From the NCBI RefSeq assembly GCF_963921235.1, contig NC_086097.1, positions 59,646,001 through 59,710,000 on the forward strand: DNA of 64,000 nucleotides, in the 5' to 3' direction. This DNA comes from Mobula hypostoma. Taxonomy: Eukaryota. Of the stretch, positions 1-13,550 are shown one piece after another; positions within the stretch are counted from its first letter, which is position 1, and every line of letters begins with the position of its first letter. The notes beneath the pieces are model-generated. The model saw only the letters and a program-made list of their open reading frames with translations, searched no databases and had not been told where the DNA came from. The translations under genes were made by a program, and so were the position numbers.

Positions 1-1323
1 CATGATAAAAATAGGCCATGGTAAGCATAGCTTCCTCAAAGGAAAATCTTGCTTGACAAATCTGTTGGAATTCTTTGAAGAAATACCAAGCAGGATAGAC
101 AAAGGAGAATTGGTTGATGTTGTGTAATTGGATTTTCACAAGGCCTTTGACGAGGTGCCACACATGAGGCTGCTTGACAAACTATGAACCCATGGCATTA
201 CAGGAAAGATTCTGGAATGAATAAAGCAGTAGCTGATTGGCAGGAGGCAAAGAGTGGGAATAAAGAGAGCCTTTTCTGGCTGTCTGACATTGACTAATGG
301 TTTTCCAAAGGGGTCTGTGTTGGGACTGATTCTTTTTACATTATATGTCAATGATTTGGATGATAGAATTGATAGCTTTGTTGCAAAATTTGCAGAAAAT
401 ATGAAGATAGCTGGAGGGGCAGATAAGCTTGAGGAAATAGAAAGGCTACACAAGGACTTAGACAGTTTAGGAGAATGGGCAAAGAAATGGCAGATAGAAT
501 ACAGTGTTGGGAAATGTATGGCCATCCATTTTGGTTGAAGAAATGAAAGGTTGAATATTTTCTAACTGAAGAGAAAATGCAAAGAAAAAAAATGAGGTAC
601 AAAAGAACTTGGGAGTCCTTGTCCAGGATTCCCTAAAGGTTAATTTGCAGGTTGAGTCTGTGGTGAGGAAGGCAAATGCAATGTTAGCATTCAATTCAAG
701 AGGGCTAGAAAATAATAGCAAGGATGTAATGTTGACATTTTATAAAGTACTGGTGAGGCCTCACTGGGAGTATTATGAGCAGTTTTGAACCCCTTATCTT
801 AGAAAGGATGTGCTGAATTTGGAGAGGGTTCAAAGGAGGTTTATGAAAATTATTCCAGGATTGAATGACTTTTCATATGAAGAGCATGTGATGGCTCTTG
901 GCCTGTATTCACTGGAATTCAAAAGAATGAAGGGTGACCTCATTGAAACCTGTGGAATGGTGAGAGGCCTTGAGAGAGTGTATGTGGGGAGGATGTTTTC
1001 TATGGTGGGAAAGTCTAAGACCCAGAGGACACAGCCTCATAATAGAGGGGCATCCTTTTAGAATGGAGATATGGAGGAATTTCTTGAGACAGAGAGTGGT
1101 GAATCTGTGGAATTCTTTGCCACAGGAAGCTGTGGAGGCCAGGTCATTATGTATATATTCAGTCAAAAGTTGGTAGATTCTTAATTGGTCATGGCAGAAA
1201 AGGATATGGGAAGAAAACAGGGGTTTGGGTCTGAGAGGGAAAATAGATCAGCCATGATGAAATGGTAGAACAGACTCAATAGGCAAAATGGCCTAATTGT
1301 GTTCCTATATCTTATGGTCTTAT
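1..1323 (+). mobile_element. CR1 LINE, 3' part (RT to 3' UTR), degenerate, runs off the window start
   Basis: Translates to KGKSCLTNLLEFFEE, GFPKGSVLGLILFTLYVNDLD, KFAEN (FADD position) and LERVQRRF with stops; ends in a CR1-type tail gttcctatatcttatggtcttat. Confidence 0.93.
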
Positions 1324-2119
1324 AAGTATAAATACTCTGGCTCGGCCCAGTAAAAGAGTAACGAGCCAACTTTTTCAAAGTTTGTCTGGGAAAATCTTTC
1401 AGTTACAAAGTTTTTAAATTGCATTTTGTTTACTGTGTTTTTACTCTCAGATGGTGGAGAGAATGCAATTGATTAGAACTGGACGAAATATGATATATAA
1501 AAAGACTATTAATATGAACCTGATTCATTGATTTATAGTCCCAAGATCCAATTAAAATTAGAGGGTAATGTCTGCATATCAGTGACTGATAGCAAATTTG
1601 ATAACTTTTTGGATATCAGACAGCATTTAGCAGATTTGAGTTCTTATTTTACAGTTTTTTTTGTTTTGCTATGAACAATTATAATTGTAGGTTTTGCTTT
1701 GATCTAAGCCTCTGTTTTGCACTCCCTCTCCCTACATTGCCTGAATAAGGAAACTTCAGCTCTTTTCTCTTTGTTGGCCTAGTATCTGTGATAGATAATC
1801 AATACAAAGTCACAATGTCCGAATTATATTCTAGGTGGGTAAACAGAATTTCCAATAAATACTATTAGTTACATTTCACTTCAAAAGAGTTTTCAGAGAG
1901 AACAAGGTTTCAAGGAAATTGCATGTTTACAATGAAGAGGAAATAGGAGGAGCTTTAGAGATGTCAAAGAGCATCTTTTTGATTATACTTATTGCATAAT
2001 ACAACAGTCTTATTTCTTTGAACAACTGAAACACTCTTTCTGAGGGCTTCAACTCTTTTATACAACTTTATATTCTCTCTCTTTTGCTCTCTTCCTCTCC
2101 TTATACCATTCTATCATTG

Positions 2120-2715
2120 TGGTTGGTTGATATCCGTCTGTCTTGAAGGACCGGGGTGATGACAATCATCATTGGAAGCCTGGGCAGGAGGAATGGAGAT
2201 CCTGAGATGCCCAGGCATCAAGATCCCCCTCTCAGCCTCACCAATATAGTCCAAAGGAAAGCTTATGAAGCAAGACGTTTGGCGTCCACTTGGCTGCAGG
2301 AACTGCCAGAAGGGCGTTCAATGACATCCAGCCACCTTGGGGGCTCCACTCTGGACTTGCGGTCTGGGTTTACTCCCATAGCCTTCGTCTCTCCCAAGGC
2401 TGCCTACAAGGCAGTGGGACTATTTACCCATAGCTGGGGATCTGGTTCACAAGCACCAGCGCATGTCCTGCGTGTTACGTGAGCAGGGGGCAGACCTCCT
2501 CTCCGTCCTCTGTAGTTCAGCCTGAGTCTGATAAAAGTTCAGTTTCCGTGTGTCACCAGTGATGAGGTACTACATGAGGCTTGCTGTTGGACAGGCTACG
2601 TACAGGCAGGGAGAGACTTACACATTCAGCTCTCCTTTTCATGAGACTGCTAGTCAGTGGCGGAAGCTGAAGGTGGGAGTGAAAAGCACTACACACTACA
2701 TTACCCCACTAGACA
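2120..2715 (-). mobile_element. Non-coding interspersed repeat, probably a non-autonomous RTE-derived element
   Basis: GC-richer island in AT-rich DNA with a short ggttggttg simple-repeat edge; resembles RTE 5'-region sequence from memory; no coding motif seen. Confidence 0.4.
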
Positions 2716-4191
2716 CATCACAACAACCATTTTGTCACCACTATCATTATTATTATTCTATTAAGCTATTTGTTCTAACAGCTTGCACATAATATCCCTG
2801 CATGCCCTTAGTTCTCCCAGGACATGCTAGAATATTAAACATTTGGTCACTTTCTGGAGTTGTGAAGAACGAGCTATCTCATGTTCATCACTTGAACATT
2901 TGCCACAGCAGACACCAATCCCTTTTAAGATAAGCGCAGTTAGTCTCTGCAAGTATTGATGCATCATCTGCGGATCATTTCATGCAGAAACGATCAGACA
3001 TTGAAATTGGGTTCTTCTAGGTCCCGATCAATCACCCACTCATAAACTTGCTAAACAATTGGGTATGATTGTTATTCATTGATTGAAACTATCCAGTTAC
3101 TGCCAAATTGATCATAGGATAAAATATGCATTGTAGGCCTTTGATTAAATCTCAATCAGTTTATTTTGATTTTGCATAGCCCCCTTGAAAAATCTATGTT
3201 AGAAACAAGTCTTCAGGACTTGATATTTTCCCTCTAAAAGAACATCGATGTGTTAGACAATGGTTCAGAGGAAAAGGTAATTAGCTAAAATATAAAAGAG
3301 GACCAAAGTTTCAAAAACAGAAGTTTTTATTGGGGTAAGACAGTGGAGAAATGACTCTGTTTCTGGTCTTTCAAATGACTGGATATGGATTATGTAGCCA
3401 TGAGACGTAACTTATTTCATCCAAAATGATTGCACAATAAAAGCTAAAACAATTGCCTTTGTTTCCAATTTTAATGAAAAGATAAAGGTATCATATTTCA
3501 AATCATTGCAAAACAATATACAAATCCAGAATTTACACAAGCGCAAAGCTAATAAAATTGAAAGAAGGCTACACATATGATTATCTTATTCCAACAGAGC
3601 AATAAATAGAGGAAATAAGCTGCCAGCCCATCAGTAGATGTATGACAATTCATTGCAATGAATGGGAAATTGGATCATGAAATGTAACATTACCACTTCT
3701 GTTTATGATTTGGTCTAAATATCTGAAGCATTTCCTGGGCATAGTGAATTTTATCCTTCCTGACACTGAGCTGATGCGGCCTACAACTCTAGCACTCAAT
3801 TCATGGGATATTGGAATAAACATCAGGATCACATCATCTGCAGTTACATAATCTAAAATTCATTTTCAAATTTGAATGCTTCATTTCTATTGCCCTGGAT
3901 AACCTACAGTATATCCTCCTAAGAATATGCATGCATTAAAACCATTAGAAGATAATTGCCCTTCTAACTACTCAATTAAAATACTGTATGTGACAGAGAT
4001 TAAGAACCTTTAAAATATACAACAGAGAATTAACACAAATTAATTATGGAACATATTAGAATTGGAACCTTGATCTAAGTATGGCAAATATGTTTCATTC
4101 CATTATTCATATAAAAACATACTTACATTATTTAATTTCATGATTATATTCTGGAGCCTGAATGTATATGGTTTCCATAATAATAAAAATA

Positions 4192-4522
4192 TACACTTAG
4201 TAGCCACTTCATTAGGTACTGTACCTCCTGTTCACGGTCTCCTGCTGTTGTTTTAGCCCATCCACTTCAAGATTCAATGTGTTGTGTGTTCACAGATGCT
4301 CTTCTGCACACCATTGTTGTAATGTGTTGTTGATTGAGTTACTGTCACCTTCCTGTCATCTTAAACCAGTCTGGCCATTCTTATTTGACCTCTCTCATTA
4401 CAAGGCATTTTTGCCTGCAGAATTGCCATTCACTGGACTTCCTTTTTTGTTTTTCATACCATTCACCATTCTCTGTAAACTCTGGAAACTGGTATACATG
4501 AAAATCCCAAGAGATCAGCCGT
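4192..4522 (-). mobile_element. Tc1/mariner non-autonomous derivative (one TIR plus transposase N-terminal remnant)
   Basis: TA followed by cacttagtagccacttcattaggtac TIR; body aligns with the copy at 32270-32637; minus frame reads KRKSSEWQFCRQKCLVMRE. Confidence 0.8.
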
Positions 4523-4652
4523 TTTAAATATAAAAATATAAAAAACAAATTAAAAAAGTATAATGCAGAACACATCTTATTTGTGATACTTAACCTTTGG
4601 TAAATAATGGTATTAACTTCTATTTAACAAAGTAAATTTAATAGAGTGCCCT

Positions 4653-5165
4653 AAAGTTCAAAGTTCAAAAGTTCAAAGTAAATTTTATTATCAAAGGACA
4701 TATATATCACCATATACAACCCTGAGATTCATTTTCTTGTGGGCATACTCAACAAATCTATAGAACAACAACTATAAAAGAATCAATGGAAGACTGCCCA
4801 ACTAGGGTGTTCAGAGTGCAGATGACAGAAAACAATGCAAAGAAATGATAATAATGAATAAATAAGCAATAAATATCGAGATCATGAGATGAAGAGTCCT
4901 TGAAAGTGAGTCCTTTGGTTGTAGGAACATTTCAATGATGCTCGTGAAGTTGAGTGAAGTTATTCGCTTTGGTTCAAGAGCCTGATGTTTGAGGGATAGT
5001 AACTGTTTCTGAACCTTGCAGCATGAGTCCTGAGGCTCCTGTATCTTCTTCCTGCCAGCAGTAGTGAGAAGGAGCACGTCCTGGGTGGTGAGGGTCTCTG
5101 ATGATGGATCCTGCTTTTTTGCAACATCATTTCATGTAGACATGTTCAATGGTTGGGTGGGCTTC
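4653..5165 (-). mobile_element. Rex1/Babar-type LINE 3' end
   Basis: (aaagttc)n tail at the left; minus strand reads SIIRDPHHPGRAPSHY, the DPHHPG C-terminal motif also seen at 33900 and 60620. Confidence 0.8.
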
Positions 5166-5704
5166 CTGGACTATAACATATCTGAACCTTAAATAGGCAC
5201 AATGTATATGAATGAGGAAATCTAGCAGATAAAATAATTGCAACTTGAAACACACAATCAGGAAACAGACACTTCCAGTATATAGAAGATTAGAAATTAA
5301 ACAAAATGCTGGATATAATTAGTTTTAGAAGAGATAATCTCACTTTTCATTCCTCATTAATGTTAATGCAATGGTAAAAGGTAATGTGGAAAGAGTTCAG
5401 GGTTAAAAATCAATATCTGTCATTGTGCATGGAAGATAAAACAAGGTAGCATGCTGATTATTAAGGCTTATTTCAGAGCTAAAGTTGAATTATTCATGAA
5501 GTATTACAGGGAAATTGTTTAATAGAAAGGAGAACATTGGACTGAGTATGTGTGGATGAAATTAATGATTAACCAATTAGAATATAAATAGATATTTTCA
5601 AAAAGGAGGATGTTAAGAATGACATGGGGAGAGTGACATTAGAAGTGGTGATGCTGGTGTGGGTTGTTTATCGGAATTAGTTGATCAAGGATAAAGGATC
5701 ACCT

Positions 5705-6450
5705 ATATTCAGCATATACATTTACATGTGTCAGGAATTTGCTCTGGTTTGTCGGTCATGCGACATGCAATGAAAAACACATTCAACAGTTGTAAAGCAT
5801 AAAGAATTATATACAAGATAAAATTAGAGGTAAAATGGAATAAAATGTGCACAATACATAAATACCAGTATATATTTAAAATGTAAACAGCATTATAAAA
5901 TGTGGTTTAAATTGTCTACTGTGTAATGCATCAACAGGGGTATTGATAGAGGGGGTGGGAGATTAACTGGAAAGATTGATCAGGTTAACTGCCTTAGGGA
6001 AGAAATTTTTAAGATGGTGTGAGGCTTTTGATTCAGTAGGCCCATAGCGCTTTCCAGAAGGGAGCTTTTGGTAAAGGTTGGGTTGAGTAGTAACTGTAAT
6101 GATATTTCCTGCTCACTTCTTTGCCTTGGACACATAGAAGTTGTTGCAGTGATGTTAGACTGCAGCTAACAACCTTTCCAGCTGACCTGACGGTTTGCTC
6201 TAGCTTTCGTGTATTATCAGGGGATGTTGCGCCAAACCAAACAGTAATGTCTGATGTAAGGCACTGTGTAAGTGCACCAGAATGATCTCGGGAAGATGGA
6301 ATTTTTCCAGCTGCCACAAGAAGTACATCCTCTGCCGAGCCTTTTTGTTAATGAAGAAGATATGGCTTTCCCACATGAAGTCCTGTGATTATTGAAATGG
6401 TGCTAACTGTAGAGTTGTTGAAGATGAGCAGGGACACAGTTCTCCCACAG
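5705..6450 (-). mobile_element. Rex1/Babar-type LINE 3' fragment, degenerate
   Basis: ORF 6033-6317 LTSDITVWFGATSPDNTRKLEQTVRSAGKVV matches the ITVWYG...LQRVV..A.KI C-terminal pattern of this clade; followed by an AT-rich 3' UTR. Confidence 0.72.
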
Positions 6451-6451
6451 T

Positions 6452-6730
6452 TGATATGCGTCTCTACGTACATTCAGCATCAAGTTGTGATTGCACCTGG
6501 ACATTAGCTTCATGCACAAGATGCTGGTGGCGCTCATCCATGGAAATGAACAAACAGTTGAGCTTCAGTTCTCAATGTGCAGTGTGGACAGTTCACCCGA
6601 AACCAGAAGTGACGATGAGTGGGATTGAGAGTGCTAGTGTCGAGCTGAAGCTACTGCTGGAGTGTCCTGAATAAAAATGTGTAGTTGTTACCCATGCTAA
6701 ATTTGTCTTTTATCAAGAACAATCATAGCT
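6452..6730 (+). repeat. 5' LTR of the Gypsy element
   Basis: 6570-6730 aligns with 18245-18408 (cagttcacc, gaagtga, gctgaagc, gaataaa, catgctaa); PBS follows directly; start position approximate. Confidence 0.82.
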
Positions 6731-6743
6731 TGGTGTCAGAAGT
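6731..6743 (+). promoter_or_regulatory. Primer-binding site TGGTGTCAGAAGT (tRNA-Leu type)
   Basis: Immediately after the LTR; complementary to the ACUUCUGACACCA 3' end of vertebrate tRNA-Leu(CAA). Confidence 0.85.
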
Positions 6744-6939
6744 CAGTGTGAGGACTAAACACGGATTGTGAACGAATATCTTGACTGACTAAGAAACAGG
6801 CACTGGGCTCCAACGGAGAGAAGCTGCTGGCCAGAGAGCACATTGTATCCTGAAGTAGCTGTTGTTCACAGAATTCACCAAGACAGGTCCAGGCAAGCGT
6901 CTCATAATTCTGTAATGGATAATCCAAGTCTTCCCACAC

Positions 6940-7325
6940 CTTTAAAAGTTTACTGGCAATCTAACTGATAACTGGTAATGCTTCAAATAGTGATTCAATA
7001 TATATTTAGCAGCAAATAGAGCTGCGGACATGGACGAAAGATTGAAAGTGTCTATCTTCCTACATGTAATTGGCAAAGACACTTTGGATATCTAGAACAG
7101 CTTTCAATTTGATGAAACAGCCTTGACATTGGACACGATGATGACAAAATTTGTGGCGCATTTTGTACCAAGTAAAAACATCACATTTGAAAGATACAAG
7201 TTCTTTCCCTGTGGCCAGAGACAAGGTGTTAGTTTTGGCCAATACATAGCTGAGCTATACTCACTGAGTAAGTCCTGTAATTTTGAAAATTTGAGAAACT
7301 CACTAGTTAGAGACAAAATAGTTCA
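6940..7325 (+). pseudogene. Gypsy gag remnant
   Basis: FTGNLTDNW, FLHVIGKDTLDI, FVPSKNITFERYKFF, LSKSCNFENLRNSLVRDKIV; in-frame stops. Confidence 0.85.
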
Positions 7326-7334
7326 TGGAACTTC

Positions 7335-7749
7335 AAGTAAGTTCATCACCATCCTGAAAGCTGTTTGTGAGTCATGGAGTTCCATGTGAAATGGTTTCCA
7401 GACAATGGTTCACGCTTTTTGAGCTGTGAATTTGAGTACTTTTGTCGATGATTAGGGGTTGAAATATAAAATTTCAAGCCTACATCACCCCAAATCTAAT
7501 GGCCGGATGAAGAGATTGGTCAAGGTAGTGAAGGGCCTCATGAAGAAAGTGCAAGATGGACGAGAAGACTTTCACACAAATCTGATGATTTACAGAAGTG
7601 TGCCACTGCAGAACGGCCTTTCACCAGCCCAAACGCTGATGGTTCAATACACATGTACTAACTTTCCTGTGCACGAAAACCTATTGACAACTGAAGGAGC
7701 ACACAAGGACAAATTGACTAAAGAGAAAGAAAACGATAAACAGAAACAT
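7335..7749 (+). pseudogene. Gypsy integrase core remnant
   Basis: tccagacaatggt (DNG, second catalytic D region), SSLHHPKSNGRMKRLVKVVK, YRSVPLQNGLSPAQTLM. Confidence 0.85.
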
Positions 7750-8249
7750 GGAAAACCGACAGCAAAATACAGGCTCTTCGGCCCACAGAGTTGTGCCAAA
7801 CATGTCCTTACCTTAGAATTACCTAGGCTTACCCATAGCCCTCTATTTTTCTAAGCTCCATGTACCTATCCACAAGTTTCTTAAAAGACCCTATCGCATC
7901 TGCCTCCACCACCATCACCGGTAGCCCATTCCACACACACACCACTCTCTGCGTAAAAAGTTTACCACTGACATCTCCTTTGTACCTCCTTCCAAGCAAC
8001 TTAAAACTGCCCTCTCATGCTAACTATTTCAGCCCTGGGAAAAAGCCTCTGACTATCCACAATCTTGTACACCTCTATCAGGTCACCTCTCATCCTCCGT
8101 CACTCCAAGGAGAAAAGGCCGAGTTCACTCAACCTGTTCTCATAAGGCATGCTCCCCAATCCAGGAAACATCCTTGTAAATCTCCTCTGTACACTTTCAA
8201 TGATTTCCACAATCCTTCCTGTAGTGAGGCGACCAGAATTGAGTACAGA
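7750..8249 (-). mobile_element. CR1 LINE A, 3' segment (inserted in the Gypsy integrase)
   Basis: CR1 3' tail acagcaaaatacaggctcttcggccc; C-terminal ORF2 sequence aligning with 14390-14900. Confidence 0.9.
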
Positions 8250-8270
8250 AATCAGCTGGGGGAAAATTGC

Positions 8271-11200
8271 TCATCTGCCCCTGGCCTCGTCCAAGTAGGC
8301 AAGAAATGGATCCCAGATAGCCGAAATTTTTTTTATTGAATTGGTTCTCAAGAACCTAAGTTTCTCCATCTGTATGACTGAGATCATATCAGCTATCCAT
8401 CTCCAAAAGGAAGGGGGAGAAGGTGATTTCCATTCCATCAAGATAAGTCTTTTGGCAACAATCATCCCCAGCATCAGAGACTGTTGTATGGCTGCAGGGA
8501 AACAAATAGTAGATTGCGAGCAGCCAAATACAGTGAGACCAGCTTCCAAGGGGGAAGGATCTTTTATAGGCTGTTGAGTACCAGTCGAATATTTTTGGAC
8601 CAAAATCCAGTCAGTAATGGGTAAAACCAAAAGGTGTGTGACAACGCGGCCTCCATCACTTGGCATCTATCACACATTGGCGAGACAGAAGTGTAAATCC
8701 TGTGCAATCTAAGTTTAGAGTAATGGAGACGGTGGACAACTTTAAACTGGATCAGTTGGTGTCTGCTGTTAACATAGCAAGCCTGTATCATAGACAAACA
8801 CTTATCCCAGGCAGCTTCAGATAACTCAATGCCCAACTCCTCTCTCCAGGTGTCTCTAATCTTCACAGTAGACACTACAGTGCAATTATCAAACAAACGT
8901 ACAAACTTAGAAACGAGATGCCTGGAGTCAGGAGGGTTCTTTAAAATATCAAAAAAACATATGTTTTCCTGGAAGGATTTCAAAATTACAAATTTTAGAT
9001 TGAATGTAGTGACTAATTTGTAAATAATGAAAAAAGTGCAAATGAGGCAGCTCAAATTTCTCTTTCAGCAGACTAAATGTTACAAACCATCCCTCTATGT
9101 ACAGGTCTTTAATAGAGACTAGATCCTTCTCCCTCCAAGCATGGTAGGTTTTGTCTGCATGAGGGTAGAAAGGAGTGATTGAAACAGATTGATGTTTGTA
9201 CAGAGGTCTCTGGTAAATTCAGAATGCTCCTAATCTGATTTAGAATTCTGACGGAATTTTTTAAAACAAAACTCAAATTTTTTGAAGTCCCAGTCTTCTC
9301 TAACTTGGAGAACAGCATGGCTGGCAAGCAGGAATTGACAACAGAGTTGGACTCCATACATAACCACAAGGGAGCCCCAGGGGTGGGGCTAGGTTATCCG
9401 GAGCCCCCTGTTGCCAAAGCATTAAAACCCTAGCATTGACAGCCCAATAATAGTAGCTAAATACAGGTAATCCCAGCCCTCCGTCAGACTTGGACTTTTG
9501 TAAATGAATTTTCGAAATCCTGTGATTCTTATAATTCCAGATATAAGACAATATTATGGAGTCCAATTCTTTAAAGAAGGTTGATGTAAGAAAAATCGGG
9601 AGATTTTGACAAAGATAGAGAACCTAGGAAGGGAAACCATTTTAACTGAATTTATACGACCAATCATGGACAGAGGTAGGGTTTTCCAACTTTCTATATT
9701 CTGTTTAAGTTTTGAAATAAACTCCGCAAAGTTTGATTTAAATATTAATTTAGGATCTTTGGGGATTACCAAGCCAATATAAGTAAAGTGATCTTTAACT
9801 ACTTTGAACGGGACACTTTCCAAAAAACCCCACGTGTAGTCGTTGGAGAGGGGCACAAAGTCACTTTTTGTCCAATTGATTGAGTATCCCACAGTCTGCC
9901 AAAAGAGATAATTAAATCTAGAAGAAGAGAGACTGACTTTTCTGAGTTTTGTAAGCAGAGTATCACATCATCAGCATATAAACTAATAAGTGTTTCAATA
10001 CCTCCCACTTTCAAACCCAGAATATTTGGGTGACTTCTTATTTTTAGGGCAAAGGGCTCTCCCGCGACGGCAAGAAGGGCCAGCGAGAGAGGGCAACTCT
10101 GCTGGACTGAATCGTGTAGGGGAAACATAGTTGAATTGTCACTATTAGTTATAATAGAACACACTGGGCTGATGTATATCAGTTTTACCCAAGATATAAA
10201 TGACTCGCCGAACCCAAACCTGTACAGTGACTCAATCATGTAAGGCCACTCAATCTGGCCAAAAGGCTTCTGTGCATCAAGGGATAAAATTGCTGCCCCA
10301 CTAGCTTTCCCATGATCAGCATATATAGTATTAAGGAGGCATCTGATATTGGAAAAAGAAAACCTGTCCGGGACAAATCCTGTCTGATCAGGATGAATGA
10401 TAGATGATAAATGCTTATTTAATTGGATAGCCAGCATTTTTGTAATTACCTTTCTATCAAAATTCTGGAGTGCAATGGGCCTATAGCTGGCTGGGTCTGT
10501 TTCCTCTTTGCTTTTCTTTAAAATGAGGGAAATGTTAGCCTCGTACAATGTTCTAGGCAAGGCTTTATCTCTGTTAGAGCAAGATATCATTCTGAGGAGA
10601 AAGAAGCCTTGCCAGATGGAAATGACTTAATGGCAGAAATTATTTCTTCCAATGTGAAGTCAGAATCTAGATCCTCCCTAGCAACGTCACTAAGTTTCAG
10701 CATTACAAAAGAATCAAATAAGTCATTCAAATCAGATTGAGTGGCACTGCATTTAGAAGTGTAGAGTTCACTGTAAAATTTTTTAAAACAGTCATTTATC
10801 TCCTTGGGGTTAGTTAACAGGGTACCCGCCGTCGATCTAATGCAATGAATTGACCTTAGGGCCTGGGCGCCCCTGAGCTGCCGAGCCAGGAGCCCCTCAG
10901 GCTTGTCCCCCATTTCAAAATGCTTTTGTCTTAATTTTAAGAGGAGGTTATTTATTTGACTACCCAAGATACAATTGTACGCATATTTAAGCTTCATTAT
11001 TTTATTATAATCTTCAGAGGATTTCGAAGCCTGGTATGTCGCTTCGACGGTTGGGAGAGTATTCCCAATCTCTAATAATTGCCCTTCTCTCTACCTCTTC
11101 GCAGCGGATTCACATGAAATTATATACCCACGAATTACAACTTTTAACGTCTCCCAGAGTGTGGAATCTGACACCTCGCTGTTATCGTTAATTTCTATAA

Positions 11201-12040
11201 AATCTTTTAATCTGGTGGTGATATTTTCTATAAATTTCTTATTGGCGAGTAGGGAGGGGTTAAAGCGCCAGGAGTAGATTTGTTTGGGAAGGGAGAGATT
11301 TAGGGACTTTGTCAAGGGGCAATGGTCAGAAATTAATCTATTATGATATTTTATATTGGTAACATGAGATACTAAATGAGAGTTAACCGAAAAATTATCT
11401 ATTCTACTACAAGATTTGTGTACATGAGAATAATAAGAATAATCCTTGTCGGTGGGATGTTGAACTCGCCAAATATCTACTAAATTCCTAGATTTAATCA
11501 AATTATTTAGAACCTGCACTTACACGATATTTGAGGGCAGGTGGGAGGAGAATCTATCTAAATATGGATCTAGGTAGCAATTCAAGTCACCACCAATTAT
11601 TATATTTGAATTACTGGCATCCGGAAGTTATTCAAAAACTTTCTTTAAAAAATTTGGCTCGTCTGTGTTTGGATCATAAATATTAAAGAAGGTTAACGGA
11701 AATGAATTAATGGTGCCAGAGATCATAATAAACCTGCCACGAGGATCTGTGGTCATGGAAGTGAGTTGAAATGGAATATTTTTCTAAAGAGGATAGCCAC
11801 ACCACGGGCATGAGAAGTAAATGGTGACTGGTAAACCTGCGATATCCAGCTGGATCTTAATCTGCGTTGCTCAGTTACTTTGATACGGGTTTCCTGTAGA
11901 AAAATCACATCTGCAGATAAAGATTTGAGATGTCTAAAAACATTATCCCTCTTAACAACATGACCAAGGCCCTTAACATTCCACAAGACTATTGTAATAT
12001 CTTTACTCCCCAGCTGCGTTTCACCGCAAGGCCTCTGCAT
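8271..12040 (-). pseudogene. L1 ORF2p (APE endonuclease, reverse transcriptase, Cys-rich C-terminus), multiple frameshifts
   Basis: WNVKGL, FLQET, SRID, SDHCP (EN); SYRPIAL, HPDQTGF, SLDAQKPF, LYADD (RT); GGLGLP; CDRC...H. Confidence 0.95.
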
Positions 12041-12548
12041 ATGAGAATAAAAAAGAGATTATTAGAGTTGAGCACAAACATAGTAAACAATGCAAAATAG
12101 CTGGCAGCCTCATAAGAACACAACATACACAAAAAAAACATGTCTGAGCCATAAACAAGAACAACACACACCCTAACCCAACCCCCTAAACCAGGCACAT
12201 AATTCCCCATTTCCATCCCAAAAAGAGCTGCTGGTCAGGTAACTAACATTACAGAATTATCACAAACCCCCCTCTCCAAGAAAATTTATAACACAAACTA
12301 TATAATACCATTAAACAAATGCCATTAGGGCTGGGGAGAGTTATCCAATCTCCATACCTGAAGCTGAACATTCATGACACCAACTCAAACTTAACCCTTA
12401 TAATAACAGAAATATTTAGAACATTCTCTGCAATTAAATCCCAATGCAGAATATAGCATTGCAAAACTAATATAACATGCAGGTCCCTCCCCTTATCCCA
12501 ACATGGAAACCGACACAAATATAAGCTGAATAAGCAGTATCAATATAT

Positions 12549-13402
12549 CTACTCCCTTTCGCGTGCGTTATTCCTTTTCAAGAATTGTGCTGCTTCTTTC
12601 GGGTCATCATATACTTTAGACGTTCTTCTATCTTGATGGTAAATATAGAGCCTAGCCGGATACCACAGAGTGTGCTTGATTCCTCCATCACGCAGTGTTT
12701 GCAGTACATCATGAAAGGCATGATGTTGAGTCATCACCTCATTAGTATAATCCAGGGAGATCAAGACCTTGTTTCCCTTGTACTCCATGGGTTGTAGTCT
12801 GCTGTGGCGCAGGTTCAGCCTACTTGAAAGTGATGGATACGTGCCAAGATGGTGCATGGCTTAGCGCCGGCAGTTGGCTTTGGTTTGAGAGAGCGATGTG
12901 CATGATCAACTTTAACCGGGTACGGGAAATGCTTTTCCCCGAGCAACTTGGGAATCAGCCTGGAAACAAATTCAGTAGGTTTACCATCCTCCTCGCCCTC
13001 TTGTATCCCTACAATCTTAACATTATGTCTCTGTGAACGAGCTTCTAAGTCATGCATTTTAGCTTCAAGCTGGCTATTTTGTCTCATTAGCTCTGAATAC
13101 TTCTCTTCAAGCTCTTGCATGCGTGTTTCAAGGTCGCTCGCGGTTAGTTCTTGATTAGCCACACGGGCTTGTAAGTCAGCCTGTGAGGCCACATGCGTCT
13201 GAAACTTGGTCTCAAAAACATCAAAGCGGTCGTTAATGCTGTGCAGAATTGACTCAGAAATCTCCTGACCTAATTCCTTGCACATTGTGTAAGTTATATC
13301 TGGCGGTATCTCACATGCGGAGAAGTTCTTTACAGACCTGTTGTTAACACTAACTTCGGTAGTTTAGCAGTCGGTGGTCTTGGTTTTATTTGTCTTTGGC
13401 AT
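12549..13402 (-). pseudogene. L1 ORF1p (coiled coil + RRM + CTD), frameshifted
   Basis: MPKTNKTK start at 13402; heptad region LETRMQELEEK; DLEARSQRHNVKIVGIQE; VKVDHAHRSL; YPARL. Confidence 0.92.
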
Positions 13403-13550
13403 TGTCAAACTTTTCCAGACACTTAGTTTAGACATACACTGCCGGCCTATGAATGAATAAAACACGGTATAATAGTAATTTTATCGAGGCCTCAGTGAGG
13501 AGCACTGACCAAACACGACTAATCCATACACATGCACACTGGCGCCCCCC

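Larger units (their letters stand above)
8250..13550 (-). mobile_element. L1-clade LINE, 5'-complete, frameshifted, lacking most of the 3' UTR and poly(A)
   Basis: 5' end ggggggcgcc; ORF1, AT-rich spacer, then ORF2 with endonuclease, RT and cysteine-rich domains in order. Confidence 0.95.

Noticed and set aside
1451..1520. Strong + strand acceptor (ttttactctcag) followed by ATG
   Set aside because: All frames close within about 25 codons and no convincing donor follows
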